A DNA stretch of 64,000 nucleotides from Octopus sinensis (taxonomy: Eukaryota). Where the stretch lies: positions 19,840,001 to 19,904,000 of the forward strand of contig NC_043004.1 of NCBI RefSeq assembly GCF_006345805.1, given 5' to 3'. Below are positions 40,903 through 52,979 of the stretch, in pieces; within the stretch, counting starts at the first letter, position 1; every line of letters starts with the position of its first letter. The notes beneath the pieces were generated by a model. The model was given only the letters and a program-made list of their open reading frames with translations, was not told the origin of the DNA and did no database searches. The translations under genes were made by a program, and so were the position numbers.

Positions 40903-41403
40903 CTTATATATACATATATATATATGTATATGTATATGTGTTTATATATATATATATACATACTTATATATACATATAGCTATATATATATATACATATA
41001 TATATAAATATATATATGAATATACATATATATATATACATATATATATGTATATGTGTTTATATATATATATATATATATATACATACACACACACACA
41101 CACATATATATATATACATGTATGTATATTAATGCGTGTGTATATATGTGTTTGTATACGCTTGTGTTTTTTGCAGGTATTTAATATTTATATTTACACG
41201 TCACACATCTGAGCGTGTGTACGCGTGTGTGCATATGAATAAAAATACGTTACCTTTTTTAGGACTTTCTATTTCTGTTAGCATTTATATTTGATGAGTT
41301 TGTTATTTATATCCCTCCTGATGAAATTGATGCATTGCTAACCATATTTTATCCTGTCGGACATGCTGCAGTGCCTCCATCGAAACATATGTAGTAGAAT
41401 TCT

Positions 41404-41567
41404 AGGCGTAGGAGTGGCTGTGTGGTAACTAGCCTGCTTACGAACCACATGGTTCCGGACTCTGTCCCACTGCGTGGCCGCTTGGGCAAGTGTCTTCTAC
41501 TATAGCCTCGGGCCGACCAAAATCTTGTGAGTGGATTTGGTAGACGGAAACTGAAAAAAGCCCTTCG

Positions 41568-41627
<60 letters not shown>

Positions 41628-41633
41628 TTTTTA

Positions 41634-41666
<33 letters not shown>

Positions 41667-41895
41667 GTAGGTGTGTGTGTTTGTGTGTCTATGTTTGTCC
41701 CCCAACATCGCTTGACACAACCGACGCTGGTGTGTTTACGTACCCGTAACTTCACGGTTCGTCAAAAGAGACCGATAGAATAAGTACTAGGCTTACAAAG
41801 AAATTTTTCCTGGGGTTATGTTGCTCGACTAAAGGCGGTGCTCCAGCATGACCACAGTCAAATGACTGAAACAAGTAGCAAAGTAAAGAGTAAAG
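41404..41895 (+). mobile_element. SINE family A, full length
   Basis: AGGCGTAGGAGTGGCTGTGTGG head, internal (TA)/(GT) tract, standard 3' end. Confidence 0.9.
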
Positions 41896-42087
41896 CGAGA
41901 GTATATAAATGGTTTAACAACATTGCAAAGAGTTCGTCTCCTTATTCCATTTTCCTACACACACACAACTCACACATATACACACATACATAAATACATT
42001 CCTTTCTCTGAGCGTCTTATTAATTCTTTGTATGTGCAACGTCCTGGTGTTGTTTCTTCTTGTCTCTGTCTCCGATTATTTTTATCA

Positions 42088-42127
<40 letters not shown>

Positions 42128-42242
42128 CATACACACATACGAACGCACACACAAACACATATATGTATGTATCCATATATATATGTATAATATATATATG
42201 CGTGTGTATATATCTATATATACAGAGATGTATATATATATA

Positions 42243-42289
<47 letters not shown>

Positions 42290-43138
42290 ATATTATATGT
42301 ATATATATATATATATATGTATATGTATATATGTATGTATATATGCATATATATATGTGTGTGTGTATGTATGTGTAGAATGCACGGTTGTATGAATATC
42401 TGAATCATCGGCAAAGTACCGTTTTTATATGATCAAAGACTTTGATTAAACATCTGCCGTATCAATGCTAAGTAAAACCGAAGTAACAATAAATGCAATC
42501 GTGAAAAACATTTATGCATAATGAACCATGAAATCTACATTATAACTAACAAAGGTGGTATATTAAGGCATATATCTGAAGAGTACGTAATGCATTACGC
42601 AGTCTCTATTTGAAATAATGCCAGTGCCGAATTTCCTGTGGAATGATGTTGCACATCACAAAATATATAATCTCCTTCTAAAAATACGACACACAGCCAT
42701 TCGGTAAAAAAGCGATACAAACTTATCAATCTCACACACAAACGCACACGTATAAGCGTAAATACATTTATGTATGTATGTATGTATGTATGCATGTATG
42801 TATGTATGTATGTATGTATGTATGCATGTATGTATGCATTTATGCATGAATGTACGTATGTATTTACATACATTTATTTGTATGTATGTAGGTATGTATT
42901 TTCCTTTCTGTTTTTAATTATTTAAATTTTTCCTTTGAAGGAGGTGGTTTCTAACAGAGATACAAAAACTCATCGTAGGAATGTAGATAACAAAAGCAAA
43001 AACGCATTGTAAACTTGAGGATAGGCTTGCATAATCCTACTGTTCCGCTTACAAATTGTATTGGTAATATGCGTATCAGTTCGCTGATTCCTTTTTATGA
43101 AAATCCAAGCTTATCCAATATGCATATATATGTATATG

Positions 43139-43172
<34 letters not shown>

Positions 43173-43201
43173 TGTATGTATGTATGTATGTACGTATATA
43201 T

Positions 43202-43280
<79 letters not shown>

Positions 43281-43365
43281 ATATATATATATCCCATATA
43301 TACATAGAGATTTAGAAATATAGGAAGTCATACCATATACGTCGTTTTGACAAATTTATGTGACT

Positions 43366-43426
<61 letters not shown>

Positions 43427-43455
43427 TATATATATATATTATATATACGTATATA

Positions 43456-43495
<40 letters not shown>

Positions 43496-44216
43496 CACAC
43501 ACATATATCTGTGTGTATTTCGTTTTCAGATAATATCTTCCTTGAACATCTATTCTCTGCACGTATCACTTGGAGAAATTCTAAGAAAAAGACAGACGAA
43601 TTGCTTTTCTACTTCGTATGTACTTAGAGCCTGCTGTCGCCACCAAATCACAAATTTCATTATATTGTACATAAAGATCTTTCGATTTCCATTTAAACGT
43701 ACAAAATGTCTACTTATGCTTGACGCTTGAGGTGCTGTAGATGTTAGTACAACCTAAATGATGACTTTTTATACTTTTCTCATGGTTTTTCACACAGCTG
43801 TGAAGTTATGGATGTTCTTTTTATTGCAAATTCTGCTTTGTTTTTAGTATTATTACTGTAGATGCTGCTGTTTACGTAGTCTTACTATTTCCTACAATTA
43901 CTGTTGCTTATAGTGAATATAAATTCACACTATATCAGATTTGAGTACACGAAATGAAGTGCACTGTGGTGTTTTATACCTATCGAAGAAGTATAAAAGC
44001 TGTTTAAAGTTGTTTTCTGTCGCGAGATAAACTGAGCCTACTTTGTAAACCAATTGTGAATTCCGAATAAAATCCATTCACTTCACTAGGTAAACCTGAT
44101 CATTTTGAGAGTAACATGCAAACTACTTAATTTTCACAAAAAAAGTTATGATTTGACTGGAAACTGCTGTTTCTGCTTCATGTTACTTATAGAGTAAGAG
44201 TGAAATAGAGAGCGGT

Positions 44217-44248
<32 letters not shown>

Positions 44249-44277
44249 AAAAAACAGAATGAGTGAGAGAAAGTGAA

Positions 44278-44740
44278 TACTATGAGATGAGAGAGAGGTT
44301 GAATACTCTAATTAAGGTGTAAAAAAAGGCTTTAGGTTTATATTTTTTCCGATGTTCAGAGATCTTTCCTATGAGTAAAAAGAGGGAAAAAGCATTAAAA
44401 AAGAGGGAAAGAGCAAATAATATTTCCATATAACTTATTTACTAGATATTCTAGTAGTTGTGAATATCCCCATTCTGTCCTCTTTTGAGCTCTTCAGCAG
44501 AACATAACACGAGATCTTGAAATTGGTTTGTCTATATTTATTTAAAACTTAAAAATTAAATATGATCGATTTTCCGTTTCCATTTCTCCCTTTGAACAGC
44601 GGAGAAAATGGGGGCGATAAAGACTGTGTGAGAATAGTCTCAGAGTCATTTAAAATGAAAATTAAACTTAAATGTGAACGATTATTCTATTTCTCTTTAA
44701 CAGTGGAGAGAATAGCGGGAGCGGAAGAGAGAGAATGATA

Positions 44741-44778
<38 letters not shown>

Positions 44779-45660
44779 ATCTTATATTTTACTTTTTGTT
44801 TTAGAAATCTCCTTGCTTCTTATAGCTGCCTTGTGTGATGGTTCTAACTTAGTTGCAATTAATATTTGCACTACAAGCCACACATAAGCCCCTGTGTATT
44901 GTCCCTTGTGCGAATGTCGAATTTCTGTTCGTATCCTGGTTTCTTATGCTATCGGAATTTCTTAGGATCGGTATCCTATTTGTTTTATCTTTCCATGGCA
45001 CCTTGCCATCAGTTTGGTGTGTAACATCTGAACTTCGGTCAGCCTTTCGTACACGTTGTTATTTTTTTGGAAACTGCTGCTTCTAACTTTTGGAGCTATA
45101 GGAGTAAGAGAAGGGAGATAAGTGGCTGTGATTACTATGAGATGAGAGAAAGGGTGAATGTTCTTTTTACGAGGAGAGAACCGACTATAGATTATATTTT
45201 GCCTATGAGTGAAAAGAGGGAAAAAGTACGTGATATTTCCATATAGGTATTTATCGCCACTTCAGCATGGCTGTTACGGTTTCGAGTTATTTGGGATCGA
45301 AATAGTACGGTCGCGTGATCCCGTCGCTAGAAGGTGGTAGAGGTTCGCTCCACTGCTTGCAATATATATCGGGTGCAGACTGCATTGACTAAATAGCTGG
45401 GGTTAAAATGGTAGTAACGTCGATTCCTGCGGAACAGCTCTGTAGAAGTAGGGATAAATGTGGATAGCACCATTTTGCCTTTTTATTTGGGCTCTTCAGC
45501 ACAACATACACTGAGATTTCGGTATTAGTCGATAGGGATTTAAAACTAAAACAATTAATACAATTGATTTTTCTCTTTTTTTTTGCTTTTTAAACAGTAA
45601 AGAAAAGAAGGGAAGCGATAGAGACAGGGAGAGAAAAGCCTTAGAGTCATTTCAAAAATG
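44278..45660. repeat. Old diverged tandem duplication (44278-44660 vs 45133-45660), each copy with a decayed HHR on the minus strand
   Basis: Shared blocks TACTATGAGATGAGAGA, CCTATGAGT..AAAGAGGGAAAAAG, GATATTTCCATATA, GCTCTTCAGCA, AGAGTCATTT. Confidence 0.7.
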
Positions 45661-45760
45661 AATCCACACATATAATGATTCGTAATTTACTTCAAAATAA
45701 CAGATACGGGGCATATATTATATATTGTTACTAACTGCCATCTCCCCAAGTTAAATATAT

Positions 45761-45995
45761 TTATTTCTTTATTGCCCACAGGGGGTGGGGTTCTAAACAT
45801 ACAGGGGACAAACAAGGACAGACGAAGGGATTAAGTCGATTACATTGATCTCAGCGGGTAACTTGTACTTATTTAATTGACCCAGAAAGGATAAAATGTA
45901 AAGTTTACCTCGACGGAATGTGAACTCACAACGTAACGGCAGTGGAAATGCTACTAAGCATTTCGCCCGGCGTGCTGACGGGTCTGTACCTACCT
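45761..45995 (-). mobile_element. SINE with Nin/Deu-like central domain
   Basis: Minus strand contains TTTTATCCTTTCTGGGTCAATTAAATAAGTACAAGTTACCCGCTGAGATCAATGTAATCGAC, resembling the Nin-DC core; AATAAAGAAATAA tail. Confidence 0.65.
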
Positions 45996-46094
45996 CATGG
46001 ATGATAGATAGATTCACCACACGTTGCCACACAATCAATTCCTATAGTGTATACCGTTAAAAGACTGACCACACTAATGGGACACAATTATCAC

Positions 46095-47130
46095 TGACAA
46101 GCAACGCTAATTGTTACAAAGCTATCAACAGGCTATCCAGGGTGATCGTATATCTGTAATGTTATTTGTACTGGCAATGAACCCCTTGTCAGCTCTGTTG
46201 TCAAAATGCCAGGAGTATATGCGGGGATATGCAGAAAAGAATAAAATCAATGTCACCTGTACAATTTTTGCTGATGACCAAAAGTTACCGTTACTTTCCA
46301 TCTGTTGCTTCACAGTTACTACGGCACAGTATAGCAGGAAATTTATTGTCCAAATGCTGGGAGTTTGAATTTCAGCTATTTCTCTTGCAAATTTATTAAT
46401 CGGTGATAACATCAGGTATGTCAGTTTTTTCCAGTGCTTTCTCATGTAGTGATTTATATATATAAGCGTTGCATGAACTTCGATGCTAGCTATGATTTTA
46501 ATAATTTAAATTCCTTATTTGTTTCTATGGGATCGTAAGCGGTTACCACATGTCCATGTAGTGGTGGCGGTTTTTTATTGTTGTGTTCGTCTTGGTCGTG
46601 TTTCTTGTCGTTCACAGTCTCCATTATTAAAATCACAGTCTCTCTGCAGAAAAAGTTTACTGTGTTGTTAATACGAGTATTATTATTTGTGCATTTTGGC
46701 TGATTTGGCTGATTTTGTTTGCTAGGGTGGCATATCAACAAATGTAGCTGGCTGGCGTAATTGTTTTTCTAAGATTTTTAGAATGCTTGATATTTCTTTT
46801 TGCTATATTCTTTAAGTCTCTTCATGTAGCCTATCGAGGAACCTTCCCTAGACTTTCTGTCGAACTGGTCTTCGTTTCGTTCGTATGTCCACTGGAATTT
46901 TTCTCCGTAATTCCGCGATCTGCGATAGCTGACTCCGAGTTCTTTCTTCGCCATGATATATGTATAGTAATTTCCGACGTGGTTTCTATTTCACTATTTG
47001 ATTACTGCTACGATCTTTTCAGAGCAAGGTTGTTTCCTTGCATTTACTCAAAGAACAATTGTTTTTGCCAGGCTTGCATCAATGGAAAAAATTATAGGAG
47101 ATTGTATTCATCATCCGGGAGAATCAATAG
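46095..47130. mobile_element. Old rearranged R4/Dong-like remnant (RT core on +, N-terminal-like piece on -)
   Basis: + strand QAIQGDRISVMLFVLAMNPLS...TIFADDQKL (46111-46290); - strand EIAEIQTPSIWTINFLLYCA resembles R4 N-terminal regions (weaker). Confidence 0.55.
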
Positions 47131-47767
47131 TCTTCTATGCTAACGTGTTTGAATTCGAAGCCAAGTTGATGTATGTATGCGTGTGTGTGTGCATACATTT
47201 CATGAGAACGGAAATATCATTTCGCTGCATTGCTATGTTATGTATGTTATGTATGTTATGGTATGTTATGTATGTTATGGTATGTTGTGGTATGTTATGT
47301 CTAAGGTCACGCATCAGAAAATGTGAAACAAGAACTGGTCATGTAGAGATATTCTGAATGAGTACACATTAGATCGTTTCGGTGTACGAATGTCATTTGA
47401 ATACAGAATATTTTTTCAAAATATTTTTTATGAAGTTCACTATTAACGCTTCAAATCTAATTTCTCCCTATGACATAATTTTCTGTGCAGTGATGTCAAC
47501 CTGTTCGTTAACAAAGAGTTCTCCACATGCTAATATTTCTAAACTGTGTTACTTTTTTTCTCTTTTCGATATTTTTTTTTCTTGCGAATGTATTAACAGA
47601 GAATTCTTCAATGAAAATCGTCTTAAACTTTTACCAAAATCATTGACTTTTGGAGATATTCTGCTTCAAGCTCTGTTTGAGCATCCATGTTGCATATTTC
47701 AGTTCATTGTTACAGAGCCTATCTACAGTGTATGTTTTGATTAGAAAGTTACTGCACATATGTAGTC

Positions 47768-47842
<75 letters not shown>

Positions 47843-47890
47843 ACTATCTATCTATACATACATACATACATACATACCCATTTATATATA

Positions 47891-47932
<42 letters not shown>

Positions 47933-48565
47933 CGCTTGTGTGTGTGTATGTGTGTGTATTTATAAGTCTGTGTGTGTATATATGCATGAATGAATGCGTG
48001 CACATGTGTGTATGTGCATTATATGCATGCATGTATGCGTGTATGTGTTTAATTGAATATGTACATTGGAGCGGTTATGCGTGTATTTTTGTGACAATAT
48101 CTACACAGCCATGTGGGTATACACATGTATGCTTATACATATTCATAACCAGAAAATGCATACATTGGCACATTATATTGATTTTCATTGAGAGTAGCGT
48201 ATTGAAATTACTAGATTTATGATTTGCAGATTTAGATTGCATGTGAACAGTGTATGTTAGCATCCAGTCATGCGATAGCTTAAGTGACAGATTGATAAGA
48301 GATATGCCGAATAATATGCAATCTGCTGCATGCTCTGGGGATCACTGAAAACGGTCACCATTATCCACTTAGTATATACATGTAGTTGTCCATGAACATA
48401 TCGGTTTGTGTTCATTCTCATTAAATAAAATATAAATAATGTTCGTATAATCACAACCATACATATTATATATACATACACATATACATATATATATACA
48501 TACACATATACATACATACATACATACATATATATATATACATACACATATACATACATACATAC

Positions 48566-48621
<56 letters not shown>

Positions 48622-49116
48622 TATATAAATCCATGTACATTCAACACACATACATTCATACATACATGCTTGCATCCATCCATCAATCCATCCATCCATA
48701 CATACATACATACGCCTGCATGCATGTATACATCTATCCATTGAAATTCAATATACCTCTATACATGCATATAAACATAACTGTAAAACCGAGGGGTTTT
48801 CAGAAAAGTAAATCAACCACCTAACACGCATATCACAAATGCAATCTGTAAACTGAACAGTTAAGATATGCAAAACTACTCTTAAGTTCAACATAGGACA
48901 TTTTATTTTTATCTACGTTTCAATGATACAGCTTTCTATCTCCGTTATAAACATTCTCCTTCTTTACAGGAAGTATTCTAATGATTAACGAATCAAGAAA
49001 ATATACATATATACATACATATGTATATGTATATATACATACATACATACATACATACATACATACAAAAATGTATATATATATTTTTTTTTCTAACTCT
49101 CTCTAAATATATATTA

Positions 49117-49310
49117 TTTGTTTCAATCATTTGACTGCGGCCATGCTGGAGCACCGCATTTGGTCGAGCAAATCATCCGCAGTACTTATTCTTTGTAAGC
49201 CTAGTACTTATTCTATCAGTTCTGTTTTGCCGAACCGTTAAGTTAAGGGTACGGAAACACACCAACATCGGTTGTCAAGCGATGGTGGGCTGGGGGACAA
49301 ATACAGACAC
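49117..49310 (-). mobile_element. SINE family A, 3' half
   Basis: TTTGTTTCAATCATTTGACTGCGGCCATGCTGGAGCACCGC is the reverse complement of the family A 3' end. Confidence 0.88.
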
Positions 49311-49409
49311 ATAAACGCACAAACACACACACATACATATATATATATACATACACATATACATATATAATATACATGCATATATACATACATACATATA
49401 TATATATAT

Positions 49410-50168
49410 ATATCTTCACTATTTTATGCCATTTGGGCTCAACTCTCCTTCCCTTGCCTCTCCCCTCCTAATTCCTCCCACCCACCTCTCCTCTCTTGCT
49501 CGGACTCCTACTTCTCTTCACTCCTACTTTTCTTCACCCCTACTATCTTTCTCTCTTCTCTCTTATTCTCTTTCTCTTCTCACATACCCACCTTCCCCTT
49601 CCCCTTCATCATCAACCCTCCCCAATAAGCCCACCCCACCCATACAAATTCCTACTCCCCCTTCCCTATCCTTCCCATTCCCCCATCCCATCCCTTACAC
49701 CCTCTCCCACATACCCCAACCCTTTGCCTACCCACAAAACCCACCTCTACCCTCATCCTCTGCCTACCCACATACCCTAACTCTACCCCACAACCCACCC
49801 GAGCTTTCCCTACTCTCACTTCCCCACCTCTCAACAACATCACACCACACCATACTACACCATACCGCACTACACATCACATCACAACAAACCACCCACA
49901 CACCATCACTGACCAGTTCCTATCCCCACATTTTCACACCTACACATACACACACGCACACGTCAAGATCACCAGCCCTCTTTCACACGCACATACATAC
50001 TCTCTGATACACACACGCACCTTCGTTTTCGGAGTCATCTTTACTTTGTTATTTCTCCTGTATGACCCTTATGTCCGTTAGTCGCTATGATAGATCGGTA
50101 GCCACTACACACATTTTTTCTCCCCTTGTTTCTCTCCTTGTTTTTTTTCTATGTCCCTTTCTGTAGAA
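49410..50168 (+). mobile_element. C-rich repeat, second copy of the 19265-19847 family, truncated just after CTGTAGA
   Basis: Colinear similarity with 19270-19730. Confidence 0.7.
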
Positions 50169-50447
50169 TTTTATCAACGGCCAGCATATCAAAAAATACC
50201 TTTAACGTTTAAATTTATAAATAATTTACATGCTGGCCATTGATAAAATTTTTTTCCCGAAAAAAATTTTATCCTATATTAGTTATAAATTAGTGTTCAC
50301 TTCCGGATTCAATCACTCTGTGAAAGTTTCTAGTTCGAACACACGTGTCTCGAGATGTGCCGAAGATATTTCTATTTGGGATATATTTGGGGTACTTAGT
50401 TCTGCTCGGGACTTAGTGCTTGCTTTTTCCATGGGTATCTCGCGTAT

Positions 50448-50508
50448 TTGCCGCTGAAGAGGGGGACATTTCTTACGAATTAACCCCGAAATTGGTCCAA
50501 TACGGTAA
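50448..50508 (+). ncRNA. Canonical type I hammerhead ribozyme candidate
   Basis: TTGCCG-CTGAAGA-GGGG(19 nt)CCCC-GAAA-TTGG(T)CCAA-T-A-CGGTAA: intact core, G10.1-C11.1 pair, 6-bp stem I with one G.U, near-palindromic stem III, AUA triplet, predicted cut after 50502. Confidence 0.8.
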
Positions 50509-52902
50509 TAACGAAATTTTTAGAGATTTCTATCGGTTTGTTTCGAGACGCATAAAATATAATGGTTTATTGACAATTATTGTCTTTTTTTCGGCATATT
50601 TGGCATTAGAAACTTTCTTTTGCCCTTATCTTATAAATATAAATATATGTATATATATCATATTAACAGACACATATCTATCCATCCATCCATATATATG
50701 TGTGTATATGTATGTATGTTCATATATACAAATTTTATCAATGAAAACTTTGATTCTGTACATTGGCACAAGGGTAATTATTAAACAATAATACTCCCAT
50801 ACAACACAGAGACCTATACTTGTCTATAGTTAAGACACTAATATATAACAGGTAATCATCCCTATGAGTTCTATCAGCTATACACAACAGTAATATGAAG
50901 TGAGAAATTTTTGAAGAGAGGTAGCAATGTAATTTTTGTATTGACTCCAGTATTTCACTGGTACTTATATTATAGACTCCCCACGGCTATCATAATAAAA
51001 GGTAAAGGTAACCCAAGAGGGTTATAAATATATAAAAATATTTAAAAATTCAAAGCTTTTTTTTAATAAAACATCCTCGACCGTCTTTAATAGGTTACAA
51101 ATCACAAAATAATTTCTCACTTTCAAGAAATTATTATTTGTAGGTTCAAAATAAAAGAACATGAGATTTTCAGGTATATCACACTACTGATTTATTCATG
51201 CCATGTTCCTCTGTGGAGCCTTGGTATTGAGAAAATATCTTGTTGCTGATGTTTTGAGTGTGAGCAAATACTGACCAAGTTCAACTCGGACACCGAATTT
51301 GGCTTAGTGTGATGACAGAGCACATTCATCTTATCCTGGATAATGGTGTTTCGCAATACGTCTTCTTTATAAAGAGAAATTCAAAACACTAAACTCTCGG
51401 AAGATGCATAACAGACAAGCTTTTTTCTTAATGAACTTTACCACAAAGCACGAAAGGCAGTGCTTTAAGGGAATGCATTCACTGCAAGAAAGTCTGCTAA
51501 GTCTGATTGAATTCATACCTTATCGAAATCATAGGCGCGTGACAATTGTCTCACTATAGTGTTAAACGATAATTCCTAATTGCTAAAAGCCGCTAGCATT
51601 TAACATTCCTTTATTCATTTCTTTTCAGAAGAAGCCTGAATAAAGGAGAGTTAAATGCTAGACGTTTTATAAGTCGAGAACTCACAATCGCTTTGAAGAT
51701 GTTAGGAATATTATTAGCTATTAATGACACAAACGATGAAAGGTGCTGTGCACGTTAGTAACGTTGGTGAATGGAGTTTTAAGAATCAAGAATGAAAAGC
51801 AGAGGGAGGTGTTAGCTTAGCAAGAAGTGGAAATATCGTGAGACAAAAAACACTGAGGCAAGTACACTCACATACAGACACAGCTATGTACATATACACA
51901 TCGATACACAGACACTCACACCCACGTATCCACACAGATACATTTACACGCACACACATACACAAACATACACACATCATTTTCAAGAATCATGGACACA
52001 GTTTTAGGAAAAATAAAAAAAATAGTTGGAACTTTTCTTTGTAAATGCATCAAAAGTGCACCCTTGCAAAATAGCTACAAGGTAATCTCGCATTATTCTA
52101 TAAGTATCCTGTAAATAATGTTCCGCAATGTGACGTTGTTTTGTATAGAAGATATATAAACGAGTAGTGAAGAGGAGAAGACTTGTCCAGCTGGATAGCG
52201 AACTTGTGCGTTGGTGTTTTGATTTATGTAACTACTAGTATATCAATATCTCGTACAATATCACCTGCCCTATGTGGAGTGGTATTGTTGGATACAGAAA
52301 AGAATGGCAACGTCTTTTCTATCCTTCTTTTAAACATTGTATCTCAGCCTTTGGTATGGTAAATTCCTCTGATGCCGAATGGAATTTCTTCTGCATAGCT
52401 ATGTAACTTTATTACGCAACTGCTTTAGCTTGCCTAACAGCAACGTATCCCATGGAATCTAAACTTTCCGAAGTTGTACACTTATCCCCATAGGGAACAT
52501 TACAAATATGGTCATTATCTATAACTGAGAAGCTGTTTCAACACAAAATGCACTGTGGTAGCATACCTTCACTTTTATCAATAAATAAGTGAAATCACAC
52601 TGCAAATATATTTCCATTTACTTTCAGTGAAACGTATTTACTTCCTTTTTCCTACAGCCAATCTTATCTATGGGACTGTGGTCTTTAGTGGTAACTGAAA
52701 GAAAAAAAATCACTTCAATGAAAATTATCCGGCTGTCAGTTGCAAAATCAAATAAACATTAGCGATGAAATTAGTTCATGACGTTGCTGGACTTACAACA
52801 TACTGCCGGTTGTTATGAAAATTATAATGTGAACTTAATTTCGTTACACCCAATCACAAATTCATTGCAGAGCGTAAAATCCATTCAACCATGGCTTCTG
52901 GA

Positions 52903-52979
<77 letters not shown>

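Noticed and set aside
49426-50007. 193-aa Pro/Ser/His-rich ORF
   Set aside because: Low-complexity C-rich part of a dispersed repeat; the paralog at 19265 does not keep the same frame.
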